Assembly (NCBI GenBank): GCA_963750165.1
Contig: CAVVPN010000003.1
Coordinates: 704,001 to 768,000, forward strand
DNA: 64,000 nt
Reading direction: 5' to 3'
Source: an uncultured Gemmataceae bacterium
Lineage (GTDB): Bacteria; Planctomycetota; Planctomycetia; Gemmatales; Gemmataceae
The notes under the pieces were generated by a model, which saw only the letters and a program-made list of their open reading frames with translations, searched no databases and had not been told where the DNA came from. Positions 55,201 to 64,000 of this stretch are shown piece by piece. How positions within the stretch are numbered: the stretch's first letter is position 1; the number at the start of each line of letters is the position of its first letter. The position numbers were made by a program, and so were the translations under genes.

Positions 55201-58200
55201 TGGACCCGGCCTCGGGCAACAACGCCCGGTTATTTCTGTGGGGTTTCAACGCCACGGTGTCGAACCTGACCTCCTCGGGGGCCGGCACGGCGACGATCGC
55301 CAACGGCAACGTCACCAACCCGGCCACGAGCTTGCCGGCCGCGACGCTGACCGTCGTGGAGAACAGTGCCACGACCTACGGCGGGCTGATCGCCCCCACC
55401 GTCACGGAGTTCGACGGCAACACTGGCTCGGGGACGGTCGGCGCCCTGAGTTTGGCCAAGAGCGGCACGGCCGCCCTGACGCTGACCGCGGCCAACACTT
55501 ACACCGGGACCACCCAGGTAAACGCGGGGACGCTGCTGGTCAACAACACGGCAGGGTCGGGCACCGGCGCGGGGAATGTGACCGTGAACGCTGGCGGCAC
55601 CCTCGGCGGGACCGGCACCGTCATCCCCACGACCGGCAACACGGTCACCGTCAACGCCTCGGGCACCTTGACCGGCATCCTGTCCGTTGAAACGGCGGTC
55701 ACTGCTAATGGCGTCGTGCAGCCGGCCGGCTCCGGGTCGCACCTGCTTACGGGCAACGTGACCTTCTCCGCCAGCGGCTCCCTGAACGTCGCCCTCAACG
55801 GCTCCACCCTCGGTTCGGGGTACGTGCAGCTGTATTCCACCGGCACCGTCACGCTCAACGGCGCCACCCTGAACGTGTCCCTGGGCTACACGCCGACTGC
55901 CGGCACCACCTTCGACATCGTGACCAACAACGACAACATGGCGGTGGTCGGTACCTTCAACGGCCTGCCGGAAGGGGCCGTGTTTACCAGTGGCAGCCAG
56001 GCTTTCACGATCACCTACCACGGCGGCGCCGGCCATGACGTGGTGCTGTCCGCCATCAGCGCCAGCCCGCCGGCCATCACCAGCGCCAACACCACCACCT
56101 TCACAGTGGCCCGCAGCAACAGCTTCACCGTGACGGCGACCGGCACCCCGACCCCGACCTTGAGCGAGAGCGGCACGGATGTGCTGCCCAGCGGCGTCAC
56201 CTTCACCGCCGCCACCGGCGTCCTCAGTGGCTCGCCGGCGTCCGGCACGGGCGGGACGTACACGCTGCACTTCACCGCCCACAACGGCGTCGGTAGCGAC
56301 GCCAACCAGACCTTTACCCTGACCGTCAACGAGTCGCCGATCATCACCAGCGCCGGCAGTACGACGTTCACGGTGGGCAGCGCCGGCACGTTCACGGTGG
56401 TCGCCACAGGTAGCCCGGCCCCGACCTTCACGGTGACGAGCGGCACGCTGCCCAGCGGCGTGACCCTCAACGCCACCACGGGCGTGCTCGGCGGCACCCC
56501 GGCCGCCGGCACCGGCGGCACCTATAACCTGAACATCACCGCCAGCAACGGCGTCTACCCCAGCGCGACGCAGCCTTTCACGCTGACCGTCAACCAGGCC
56601 CCGGCCATCACCAGTGCCAACAACACCACCTTCACGGTGGGGACGGCCGGCAGTTTCACGGTGACCGCCACGGGCTATCCGGCGCCGACGTTCGCGCTGA
56701 ACGGCCCCCTGCCCACCGGCCTGAGCCTGGACGCCAGCACTGGCATCCTCAGCGGCACCCCGGCCTCTGGCACCGGCGGCAACTACAACAACTACATCGT
56801 GACCGCAAGCAACGGCGTCTCTCCAAACGCCTCGCAGAATTTCACGCTCGTCATCAACCAGGCCCCGTCGGTGGTGACGCAGCCGGTCAACCGGATCGTC
56901 ACTTCCGGTGGCACCGCGAGCTTTACCGTGACCCCCTCCGGGACTCCGAGCCCCACGCTGCAGTGGTATGTCAGCACCGACGGCGGCGCCACCTTCAACC
57001 CGGTTGCCGGCGCCACCGGGATGACGCTGACGCTGAGCAACGTCACGGTGGCCATGAGCAGCAACGAGTATCAGGCTGTCCTCACCAACGTCGTCGGTAC
57101 CGCCACCTCCAACGCCGCCACGCTCACCGTCAACCCGATCACCACCGCCACAACGCTGACCGACAACGGCCCCAACCCCTCCATCCTTGACCAGGCTGTC
57201 AGCTTCACCGTCACTGTGACGGGCGGCGTCCCCGACGGCAGCACCGTCACCCTGCAGGACGCCAGCAACGGCAACGCGGTCGTCGGCACCGGCACCCTGA
57301 CCAGCGGGACCACGACCATCACCGTGTCGGCGCTGGCGCTGGGCACGCACGCACTGTTCGCGGTCTACAGCGGCGACTCCGATCACACCGGCAGCCAGTC
57401 CGGCCAGGTCAGTCAGCTGGTGAACGCCGCCACCGGGACGACCACGACCACGACGATCACGGACCTGGGTCCGAACCCGTCGCTGAACTTCGGCGACACC
57501 ATCCAGCCGGTCACGTTTCTGGTCCACGTCAGCGCCGCCGACAACGCCGCCCTCACCGGCGACCTGGTTTCGCTGCTGGACAACAACGTCGCCCTCGCCG
57601 GCACCAGCACCGCCCTGGACGCCAACAACAACGCCATCATCACTGTCGCGAATTTCGCCGTCGGCAGCCACCCCATCGCCGCCACCTTCGCCGCTCAGGA
57701 GACCTTCGCCCCCAGCACCTCTCCCCAGGTCACCCAGAACGTCGTCAGCAGCTTCCAGGTGGGCGCTGCCACGCTCGCGGGCAACGCCGTCCAGCTGGTC
57801 TTCGACGGTCCCATCGACCCCAACACCACCCAGCTCTACTACAGCCCCAGCGCCACCGCGGTGGCGCCGGATGTCACCCTGACCGGCCCGAGCGGCAGCG
57901 TCAAGGGCTCGCTGGTCCTCGACGCCACCAACCCCAACGTCGCCACCTTCGTCGCCACCGCCGGCCCCCTCGCCGCCGGCAGTTACACGGTCGCCGTCAC
58001 CACCGCTGTTCAGGCCCTCGGCGGCGCCACCCTCACCGCCGACTACAGCCAGGCTCTTACCGCGGCGCCGGTCACCCCGGTGGTGACGGCGGCCAACGTC
58101 GCTCGCGGCCCCGGCGAAACCGTGAACGTACCCAACACCGGCACCGGACTGCCCATCACGGTGAGCGGCCTCACTGCCGCCGTTCAGTCCGCCTCCTTCA

Positions 58201-61200
58201 CGCTGACCTATGACCCGACCCTCCTCACCGTGACGGCCGCCGCTCTCTCGTCCGACGCCGCCACCAGCGGCGACCTCGTCCTCAAACCAATCATCTTCAC
58301 CAGCATCGACGCCCACCACATGCAGATCGCCTTTACCATCATCGGCGGCAGCGGCGGCGGCCACTGGGACCCCAGCGGCGACACCGGCACCCTGCTCACC
58401 CTGAGCGCCACCGTGCCGGATAACGCCCCCTACACGCAGAAGGCCCTGCTCAACACTCAGAATGTGGTCATCAACGGCACCGCTGCTCAGGGCGACGACG
58501 CCGTGGATGTCAACGCCTTTCCCGGCGACGTGCATGCCGACGGGCACTACACTGGCCTGGACGCCACCCTGATCTCCCGGGTCGTCACTGGTCAGGGCAC
58601 CGGCTTTACCCCCTTCAAGGACCTCGACCCCTTCCTCATCGGCAGCGTTACCGGCAGTGGCACCCTGGCCGTCAACGGCCTTGACGCCACTGACGTTTCC
58701 AGTGCCGCCGTCGGCTCCTTCCCCAGCGTCATTCCCCAACCGCCCACCGGCTTCACCATCACCGGCCCGCTCGGCCCCGACCCCCGGCTCTACCTCGCCG
58801 CCGCCACCGGTGGCGACGGCCAGACCGTTACCGTTCAGGAACGCTTCAACGTCTCCGGTGCCGATCCCAGCACCGAGATCGATGCCATCGACTCGGTCAT
58901 CGAGTACGACCCCAGCAAATTCACGGTCTCCAACATCCGCGCCGGCTCACTGCTGCCGGGCTTCAGCGTCACCACCAACGTGGATGCCGTCCACGGCGTC
59001 ATCCGCGTCAGCGAGTTCACCGCCAACCCGGCCCAGGCCCCCAACCCCACCGATGGCGATGTCCTGCTCCTCGACTTCACCGTCAACAGCAGCGCCCCGC
59101 TCGGCCCCTCGCCGCTCAAGCTGGCCGCCAGCTACACCGACGCCAACAACACCAGCACCACCACCGCCGTCTACAACGCCACCAGCGCCCTGACGCTCGG
59201 GCCGGCGCCGCAGAACCCCAGCACCCTGCCCCTGAGCGGCAGCACCGTCAGCCCCTTCGTCACCAACGTGGACAACTACTTCAGCGTCGTCGGCCACAGC
59301 GGCACCGAGGGCTTCCCGGCCAACACCACGGCCACGGCCGGCGGCACCGTTACCATCCCCATCAACTTCAGCAACGGCCCGGTTCCCTTCGACATCGCCG
59401 CCGTCGATAACGCCATCAAGTTCAACCCGCTGCTGCTGCAGGTCACCAACGTCACCGTCGGCAGCCTGCTGATGGGCTTCAGCCTGACCACCAACGTGGA
59501 TAACACCAACGGCGTGCTGCGCACCAGCGAGTTCACCGCCAACGAGGCGGCGGTCAGCGGCGGCCAGGTCGGGGCGGTGCTGCAGATCACCTTCGCGGTC
59601 AATGGCTCGGCCAGCGGTAGCATCCCGCTGTACATCCTGCAGTCCTACACCGACAGCAACAACACCACGACCACGACCGCGGTTTACGACGACAACGGCG
59701 CCATCACGCTGACGCCGGCGCCGCAGGGCACCGGCAGCAACCCCGTGTTCGTGACCGGCGTGGATGGCAACCTCAACATCGTGGTGCAACCCAACCAGCC
59801 GCCCTACGCCAGCCTGCCAGTGCCGGCGGTCATCCCGGAGGCGCTGTTCAACCCGGCGGCCCACGCCGGCCTGCAGACGGTTACGCCCAACACCGTGGCC
59901 TTCTCGTCAGCCACTGGCGACGCCATCATCGTGACCGACAGCGACTACACCGCGAGCGGCTCCCCCGAGACGACGACGCTGACCCTGACCGGTTCGCCGG
60001 CGGGCACCTCGAGCGGCCCGGTGGGCACGCTGACGGCAGCGGCCAGCGGCCAGGCCATGGTCAGCGGCGGCGGCACGCAGCCGCTGGTCATCACCGGCAG
60101 CCCGAGCGACATCACGGCCACGCTCAGCAGCCTGGTGTACACGCCGGGCCCGGGCTTCTTCGGCACGGCGACGCTGACGGTGAGCACCACCGACAACGGC
60201 AACAGCGGCTACGGCGGCTCGCTGACGGATGTCCGCTCCACGAGCATCACCGTGGTCGGCCTGTTCCTGAGTGAGATCGACACGCTCAAGGGCAACACGA
60301 CCAACCCCAGCCAGTACATTGAGGTCTTCTCGACGGTGCCCAGCTACACCATCCCGCCGGGCGTGTACCTGACGGGCATCAACGGGGTCTCGGGCAGCAC
60401 GCCGGCTGCGGGTGTGGTGGCCGACATCTTCAACCTGAGCAATTTCACGACCGGCAGCAACGGCTACCTGGCGCTGCTGCAGAAGAGCGAGAAGTACAGC
60501 AGCGGCGGCTTTGAGGTGGCCGGTGGCAACCAGCTGGACAACAGCGGTACGGGGGTCGGGTTCGGCAGCGGTAACACGAGCAAGTTCGGCACGGTCACTG
60601 GCGTGCATACCGGCAGTACCCGGCCGAGCGGCCAGCTGGCCACCGACATCCTCCTGACGGGGGCGGAGAGCTTCCTGCTCATTCAGACGCCGACGGCGCC
60701 GACGACGACGACGAACATTGATCCGGCCAACACTGGCAACCCGAGCAACCAGACATCGGCGTACAACGGCTGGAACGTGCTGGACTCGGTGGGCATCCTG
60801 GACAGCGCCAGCACCAGCCACGCGTACGCGGCGATCACCTTCAAGCCGACGGGGGCGACCGGCACGACGCTGGCGGGCTCGAACGTGGTGAACACGGGCA
60901 CCTGGGTGGCGAACTACGTGGGCCGCATCGCCCAGAACACCGGCAGCAGCGGCGCCGACTGGCTGGGCAGCGTGGTCACCGGCACGCCGAGCAGCGGCAT
61001 GTTCTTCCTGGGGAGCCCGAACAGCACGGCGTTCGCGGGGCAGCCGCTGAACAGCATCGGCGGGCCGAACGACTGGGCGCCGCAGTTGACGGTGGCGGTG
61101 AACGACGACAGTTCCAACCAGCACTCGCAGGTGGCGGAGCTGACGCTGACGTTCAGCACGCCGGTGAACATCGTCGATCTGGCGAGCGACTTCGTGCTCA

Positions 61201-61994
61201 AGGATGCGTCGGGCAACCCGCTGAGCATCAACGTCAGCGACCCGAACACCGGAGCGACGACGATGGATGCCACCGGCCCGGTGCCGGACAGCGCGGCGAC
61301 GCTGTTGTTCGTCACCTTCAACGCTGACGCGACGCACACGTTCAACTTCATCACGCCGTACCTGGACCAGTTCGGCAACACGCTGACGGTCGGGTTGGTG
61401 GACGGCAACTACTTCCTGAACACGAAGGTGGCCGACATCAGCGCCGCCAGCAATAGTGCGGTGCTGCTGGACGGCGCCAAAAACGGCATGAGCGGCAGCA
61501 CGACAAGCGGGACCGGCAACCTCAACGGCAACGGTGTCAACCAGGTGGACGAGTTCTGGCGGCTGTTCGGCGACACGGAGGGGCGGCGGCAGGTGGATGG
61601 TGTGGACACGACGAACTTCCGCACGGTGAACGGCGTGACGGCGGCGACCAGTGGGATGACGGCGGGGATCCTGGCGGCGAGCGAGTCGAACAACACGGTG
61701 ACGATCACGACCTCGGCGCCGAGTGGTTTCCTGATGGGCGAGATCGTGAACATCGTGGGTCTGCCGGCGGGGTACAACGGCTCGTTCGTGATCCTGTCGG
61801 TGAACGGCAACACGTTCACGTACATGGCGCCGACGAGCGGCCTGACGGCGGTGACCAACCCGACGGGGGCGGCGGCGACGCTGAACTCGTACCAGTGGTA
61901 TCTGGACTACAACGAGGATGGGGTGATCGACGTGGGCAACACGCTGGACCAGACCCAGCTGATTAACCGCCTGTTCACGCAACTGCCCGCGTGA
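52236..61994 (+). CDS. Giant exported protein: S53 (sedolisin-like) protease, passenger-associated repeats, Ig-like repeats, three cohesin-like and two dockerin-like modules
   Basis: PQLECLEARTLPA; EITLDVEWAH, SSGDDG, GGTSLATP; LTKNGTGTLTLSGANTYTG; PAITSANTTTFTVG repeats; cohesin-like FTLTYDP, IEYDP, IKFNP; GDVHADG and LDYNEDGVID. Confidence 0.9.
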   Translation: MASRFRPASRGARRRQPQLECLEARTLPALMNTTFVPFQPPGQGIKPFAGSGGPTGTTPAVMRHTYGADQAFFGSVTGDGTGQTIAIVDAYDQPTIFTDLAAFDQQFGLPAPPSFTKINQNGNASPLPNHDVVGGWGVEITLDVEWAHVMAPKANILLVEASSASSSNLFTAVDAARNHAGVSVVSMSWGGAETSGDSTYDSHFMTPSGHNGVTFVASSGDDGAYGSGTSTKIVEYPAVSANVLGVGGTTMDSNADGSYGTESGWGNGTNSRTQGGSGGGISNNFSQPSYQSAVVPTSITTTKRTVPDVALDADPATGVPIYDVYDEGSSTPWAQYGGTSLATPMWAGILAIADQGRALNGLPTLDGPSGTLPKIYALPASDFHDVTTGNNGYAAGPGYDLVTGRGTPIVNLVVRDLSGPDIGALTVGPNAVPAGTPATLTASNVYEAGGTVSSVTFYRESNGTSGLQIGSDTLLGTGTQNGSTWTFTVSTSGLAAGTYTFYAVATDSTGASSPVAVATLTVGTTVYADTRWAGLANGTTVDADPTEPGTVTGTIGTNAFASVNAAIAAVPNQGTVVVNGASGGSYGNFSEDVNINHPITLVVQYGPVTFNSLADAVSNATILLSGVPLTVGGDNLSTTVAGIIVGSGGLTKNGTGTLTLSGANTYTGATTVAGGTLSVNSLANGGSASSVGAATNSAANLVVQGGATLLYTGATASTDHGFTVGSGGGTFSVSTAGTTLTVGGYLGIGTNGLTLTGAGNATFTNVVVGTNMFNNTTGTAGPLTKGTTAADSGTDSFTYPNALSTGNITVNDGTLVLGSETLSSSEVLTIAAGAAVNSTGTLFLTANSTSTTSEVTGAGTLNLTATTNGPTSPDIYFNWNDADGAVSNWGTRIATAVNLGAAQRYLFGKTNQNSFGEYGQNADAVFTGPITGTGGLTVIGQDNFTGSHAMEVPFVLAGADTFTGTLEIQRGSVYLDNAAALTQGNALLLDPASGNNARLFLWGFNATVSNLTSSGAGTATIANGNVTNPATSLPAATLTVVENSATTYGGLIAPTVTEFDGNTGSGTVGALSLAKSGTAALTLTAANTYTGTTQVNAGTLLVNNTAGSGTGAGNVTVNAGGTLGGTGTVIPTTGNTVTVNASGTLTGILSVETAVTANGVVQPAGSGSHLLTGNVTFSASGSLNVALNGSTLGSGYVQLYSTGTVTLNGATLNVSLGYTPTAGTTFDIVTNNDNMAVVGTFNGLPEGAVFTSGSQAFTITYHGGAGHDVVLSAISASPPAITSANTTTFTVARSNSFTVTATGTPTPTLSESGTDVLPSGVTFTAATGVLSGSPASGTGGTYTLHFTAHNGVGSDANQTFTLTVNESPIITSAGSTTFTVGSAGTFTVVATGSPAPTFTVTSGTLPSGVTLNATTGVLGGTPAAGTGGTYNLNITASNGVYPSATQPFTLTVNQAPAITSANNTTFTVGTAGSFTVTATGYPAPTFALNGPLPTGLSLDASTGILSGTPASGTGGNYNNYIVTASNGVSPNASQNFTLVINQAPSVVTQPVNRIVTSGGTASFTVTPSGTPSPTLQWYVSTDGGATFNPVAGATGMTLTLSNVTVAMSSNEYQAVLTNVVGTATSNAATLTVNPITTATTLTDNGPNPSILDQAVSFTVTVTGGVPDGSTVTLQDASNGNAVVGTGTLTSGTTTITVSALALGTHALFAVYSGDSDHTGSQSGQVSQLVNAATGTTTTTTITDLGPNPSLNFGDTIQPVTFLVHVSAADNAALTGDLVSLLDNNVALAGTSTALDANNNAIITVANFAVGSHPIAATFAAQETFAPSTSPQVTQNVVSSFQVGAATLAGNAVQLVFDGPIDPNTTQLYYSPSATAVAPDVTLTGPSGSVKGSLVLDATNPNVATFVATAGPLAAGSYTVAVTTAVQALGGATLTADYSQALTAAPVTPVVTAANVARGPGETVNVPNTGTGLPITVSGLTAAVQSASFTLTYDPTLLTVTAAALSSDAATSGDLVLKPIIFTSIDAHHMQIAFTIIGGSGGGHWDPSGDTGTLLTLSATVPDNAPYTQKALLNTQNVVINGTAAQGDDAVDVNAFPGDVHADGHYTGLDATLISRVVTGQGTGFTPFKDLDPFLIGSVTGSGTLAVNGLDATDVSSAAVGSFPSVIPQPPTGFTITGPLGPDPRLYLAAATGGDGQTVTVQERFNVSGADPSTEIDAIDSVIEYDPSKFTVSNIRAGSLLPGFSVTTNVDAVHGVIRVSEFTANPAQAPNPTDGDVLLLDFTVNSSAPLGPSPLKLAASYTDANNTSTTTAVYNATSALTLGPAPQNPSTLPLSGSTVSPFVTNVDNYFSVVGHSGTEGFPANTTATAGGTVTIPINFSNGPVPFDIAAVDNAIKFNPLLLQVTNVTVGSLLMGFSLTTNVDNTNGVLRTSEFTANEAAVSGGQVGAVLQITFAVNGSASGSIPLYILQSYTDSNNTTTTTAVYDDNGAITLTPAPQGTGSNPVFVTGVDGNLNIVVQPNQPPYASLPVPAVIPEALFNPAAHAGLQTVTPNTVAFSSATGDAIIVTDSDYTASGSPETTTLTLTGSPAGTSSGPVGTLTAAASGQAMVSGGGTQPLVITGSPSDITATLSSLVYTPGPGFFGTATLTVSTTDNGNSGYGGSLTDVRSTSITVVGLFLSEIDTLKGNTTNPSQYIEVFSTVPSYTIPPGVYLTGINGVSGSTPAAGVVADIFNLSNFTTGSNGYLALLQKSEKYSSGGFEVAGGNQLDNSGTGVGFGSGNTSKFGTVTGVHTGSTRPSGQLATDILLTGAESFLLIQTPTAPTTTTNIDPANTGNPSNQTSAYNGWNVLDSVGILDSASTSHAYAAITFKPTGATGTTLAGSNVVNTGTWVANYVGRIAQNTGSSGADWLGSVVTGTPSSGMFFLGSPNSTAFAGQPLNSIGGPNDWAPQLTVAVNDDSSNQHSQVAELTLTFSTPVNIVDLASDFVLKDASGNPLSINVSDPNTGATTMDATGPVPDSAATLLFVTFNADATHTFNFITPYLDQFGNTLTVGLVDGNYFLNTKVADISAASNSAVLLDGAKNGMSGSTTSGTGNLNGNGVNQVDEFWRLFGDTEGRRQVDGVDTTNFRTVNGVTAATSGMTAGILAASESNNTVTITTSAPSGFLMGEIVNIVGLPAGYNGSFVILSVNGNTFTYMAPTSGLTAVTNPTGAAATLNSYQWYLDYNEDGVIDVGNTLDQTQLINRLFTQLPA

Positions 61995-62000
61995 GTCTCG

Positions 62001-62047
62001 TGAGCCCGCAGCGCCAGCGTTGGATCCTCGCTGGCGCTGCGGGCTCA
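62001..62047. repeat. REP-like palindrome family A, copy 4 (variant)
   Basis: tgagcccgcagcgccagcg / cgctggcgctgcgggctca between convergent genes. Confidence 0.8.
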
Positions 62048-62058
62048 AGAACAGACGC

Positions 62059-62961
62059 CTACTTGTTGAACACCACGTCCGTCAAACCCACATTGAACTG
62101 CACATCAACGTAACTGAAGCACTCCAGCAGATCGCCGCCGGCCGGGCCGCCCTGACGCGGCCAGTCGTAGACCTCGACGCGGATCGGCAGCCGCGATTCC
62201 TTCTCGAAGTACACCACACTGCGGTAGGTCGGGAACGCCGGCCCCGGTTCGGTGTGGACCGCCTCGACGCGAACGCAGCGGCGTTGGTTGTACTCGTACT
62301 CCGCCAGGGTCACCGCCGTCCGGCCGAGCTGTCGCTCCTGCGCCCAGTCGCGGCCGAAGCGCTCGATCAAGTTGCCAATGCCGGCCTCCCGGATGGTGTG
62401 GTTGCTGTGCTCCAGCACACGCGGATCGCTCGGGTCGATGGTCACGAAGCCGAACATGCTCGCCGCCCCGGTCGGGTGGACGCGCATCTTGTTGTTATTC
62501 CGGCCCTCGACGTAACAAACCTCCTGGCCCGCCAGATCGCGCGGCGTCAGCCAGCGCAGGTAGACGCTGAACGGCTGCTGGCGGAACTTCATGGCCATGA
62601 TGTATTCCGGCTCCAGCTTGCCCTTAACGCGCTCCTGCGATACCAACGTGCAGGTGTAGTCGTGGACGCGCTGGTACGTCTGCCGGGCCTCCGCCACCAG
62701 CGCGAGCGGAGCGTCCAGCGGCGAGGCGTTCACCGTGGCCTGCACCGCTGGGCCGGGCGCCGGCGCCTGCGGCGCAGTCGCGGCCGGGTCCGCCGACGCC
62801 GTGGACAGCGAAATGCCCGACGACAACGCCGAGCCGAACGCCACCGCGCCGCCGCACAGACCCAGCAGCAGTGCCGCGCGCAGGCGGTCCAGGGTGAGTT
62901 GCCAGATCCACTGGACGGTCGAATTCGCGCTGCCGCGCTGCTCCTTCGTGATCTCAGACAT
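62059..62961 (-). CDS. DUF1571 domain protein
   Basis: VHDYTCTLVSQERVKGKL, KFRQQPFSVYLRW, GQEVCYVEGRNNNKM, IREAGIGNL; GAAGGAG RBS. Confidence 0.85.
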   Translation of the reverse strand: MSEITKEQRGSANSTVQWIWQLTLDRLRAALLLGLCGGAVAFGSALSSGISLSTASADPAATAPQAPAPGPAVQATVNASPLDAPLALVAEARQTYQRVHDYTCTLVSQERVKGKLEPEYIMAMKFRQQPFSVYLRWLTPRDLAGQEVCYVEGRNNNKMRVHPTGAASMFGFVTIDPSDPRVLEHSNHTIREAGIGNLIERFGRDWAQERQLGRTAVTLAEYEYNQRRCVRVEAVHTEPGPAFPTYRSVVYFEKESRLPIRVEVYDWPRQGGPAGGDLLECFSYVDVQFNVGLTDVVFNK

Positions 62962-63239
62962 GTGCGCTCCTTCCGATTGCTCGACGCGGGAAGTCGGTCC
63001 AGGCCCCGGCAAGAAGAAGGGTCGTCCAGGGACCACGGCCGACGGACGTGCTGCGGCTCGTTGACCGGGTCCGCTCGATGCAATCGCCGTACCAACCGCG
63101 TCGCCGCCGGCGCTGCGTCCGCCGAAACTACGGCTTGACAAGGAGTTGATTTTTGGCAAGGGATGGGCACGCCCTGCGCGGCCGGCGCCGGGGCTTGTAT
63201 AACTTACAGCGGACGAGCCGCGGCCGGCGAGGAGAACGC

Positions 63240-63884
63240 ATGACAGCCCCGTTACAGCTTCACACCATCGTGTCGATGCCGTTCGTCGAGAACACCTATG
63301 TCGCCTGGCTGCCCGGTCAGACGGAATGTCTGGTCGTGGACCCCGGCCTGGAGCCGGAAGAAATCCTGCATTTTTTGCAAGAACACCAGCTGACGCCCGC
63401 GGCGATCCTGAACACGCACGGCCACGCCGACCACATCGCCGGCAACGCGGCGCTCAAGGCGGCCTACCCGGCGGCGCCGCTGCTGATCGGCGCCGGCGAC
63501 GCCCCCATGCTCACGGACGCGCTGGCCAATCTGAGTGCGCCGTTCGGCCTGGCGATCGTGAGCCCGACGGCGGACCAACTGGTGAAGGAAGGCGACGTAT
63601 TGCAGTTCGCGGGTTTCACGCTGGAGGTGCTACTCATCCCGGGCCATACGCCGGGCCATGTGGTGTTCCTGTGCTGGCAGCCAGGGCCGCTGGTCTTCGG
63701 GGGCGACGTGCTGTTCCGCGAAAGCATCGGCCGCAGCGACTTCCCCGGCGGCGATCACCTGCTGCTGCTGGAGGGCATCCACACCAAGCTGCTCACGCTG
63801 CCGGACACTGTCGTGATCTACCCCGGTCACGGCCCGGTGACGACGGTCGGACACGAGAAGCGAAACAATCCCTTCCTGGTTTAA
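63240..63884 (+). CDS. MBL-fold metallo-hydrolase (glyoxalase II-like)
   Basis: THGHADH, PGHTPGH, GDVLF, YPGHG. Confidence 0.92.
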   Translation: MTAPLQLHTIVSMPFVENTYVAWLPGQTECLVVDPGLEPEEILHFLQEHQLTPAAILNTHGHADHIAGNAALKAAYPAAPLLIGAGDAPMLTDALANLSAPFGLAIVSPTADQLVKEGDVLQFAGFTLEVLLIPGHTPGHVVFLCWQPGPLVFGGDVLFRESIGRSDFPGGDHLLLLEGIHTKLLTLPDTVVIYPGHGPVTTVGHEKRNNPFLV

Positions 63885-63887
63885 TAA

Positions 63888-63996
63888 AAACAATTCACCA
63901 CAGAGAACGCGGAGCGCGCAGAGCAAAGACAGAATTGTTGAACAACAATTCTTTGTTTTTCTCTGCGCGCTCCGCATTCTCTGTGGTGAATTGTTT
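63888..63996. repeat. Long inverted repeat (CACCACAGAG..CTCTGTGGTG type)
   Basis: aaacaattcaccacagagaacgcggagcgcgcagag / ctctgcgcgctccgcattctctgtggtgaattgttt, with an inner gaattgttg/caacaattc hairpin. Confidence 0.8.
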
Positions 63997-64000
63997 CTGA

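Noticed and set aside
55230..58739. 1169-aa minus-strand ORF and other long antisense ORFs (e.g. 5582-7030, 14135-16018, 40634-43117, 44292-46523, 59907-62048)
   Set aside because: Shadow ORFs opposite well-supported genes, expected at high GC; no recognisable motifs.

Overview
GC-rich bacterial DNA, very likely Planctomycetota (Gemmataceae-like). The basis is three DUF1501 genes, two DUF1549/DUF1553 genes, a PVC-type heme-binding protein, PEP-CTERM and LExR-type exported proteins, a Cys-rich YTV-like protein and a Ser/Thr kinase-ECF sigma pair. About 45 CDS; no rRNA, tRNA, CRISPR array, transposase or reverse transcriptase was seen. About 10 otherwise intact genes carry single frameshifts, most simply explained as assembly indels. 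Main points of interest: (1) a TPP riboswitch whose first gene is an unrecognised ~4-TM membrane protein upstream of thiC; (2) a 3252-aa exported S53 protease with three cohesin-like and two dockerin-like modules; (3) an AroD-AroE fusion with degenerate catalytic motifs; (4) an MqsA-type antitoxin with an unrecognised upstream partner; (5) a small Cys plus Asp/Ser/Thr-rich ORF; (6) many intergenic palindrome families, including heptamer-armed hairpins that overlap stop codons; (7) an apparent within-gene shift from C-ending to G-ending codons. All family assignments are motif recognition by eye, not database searches.
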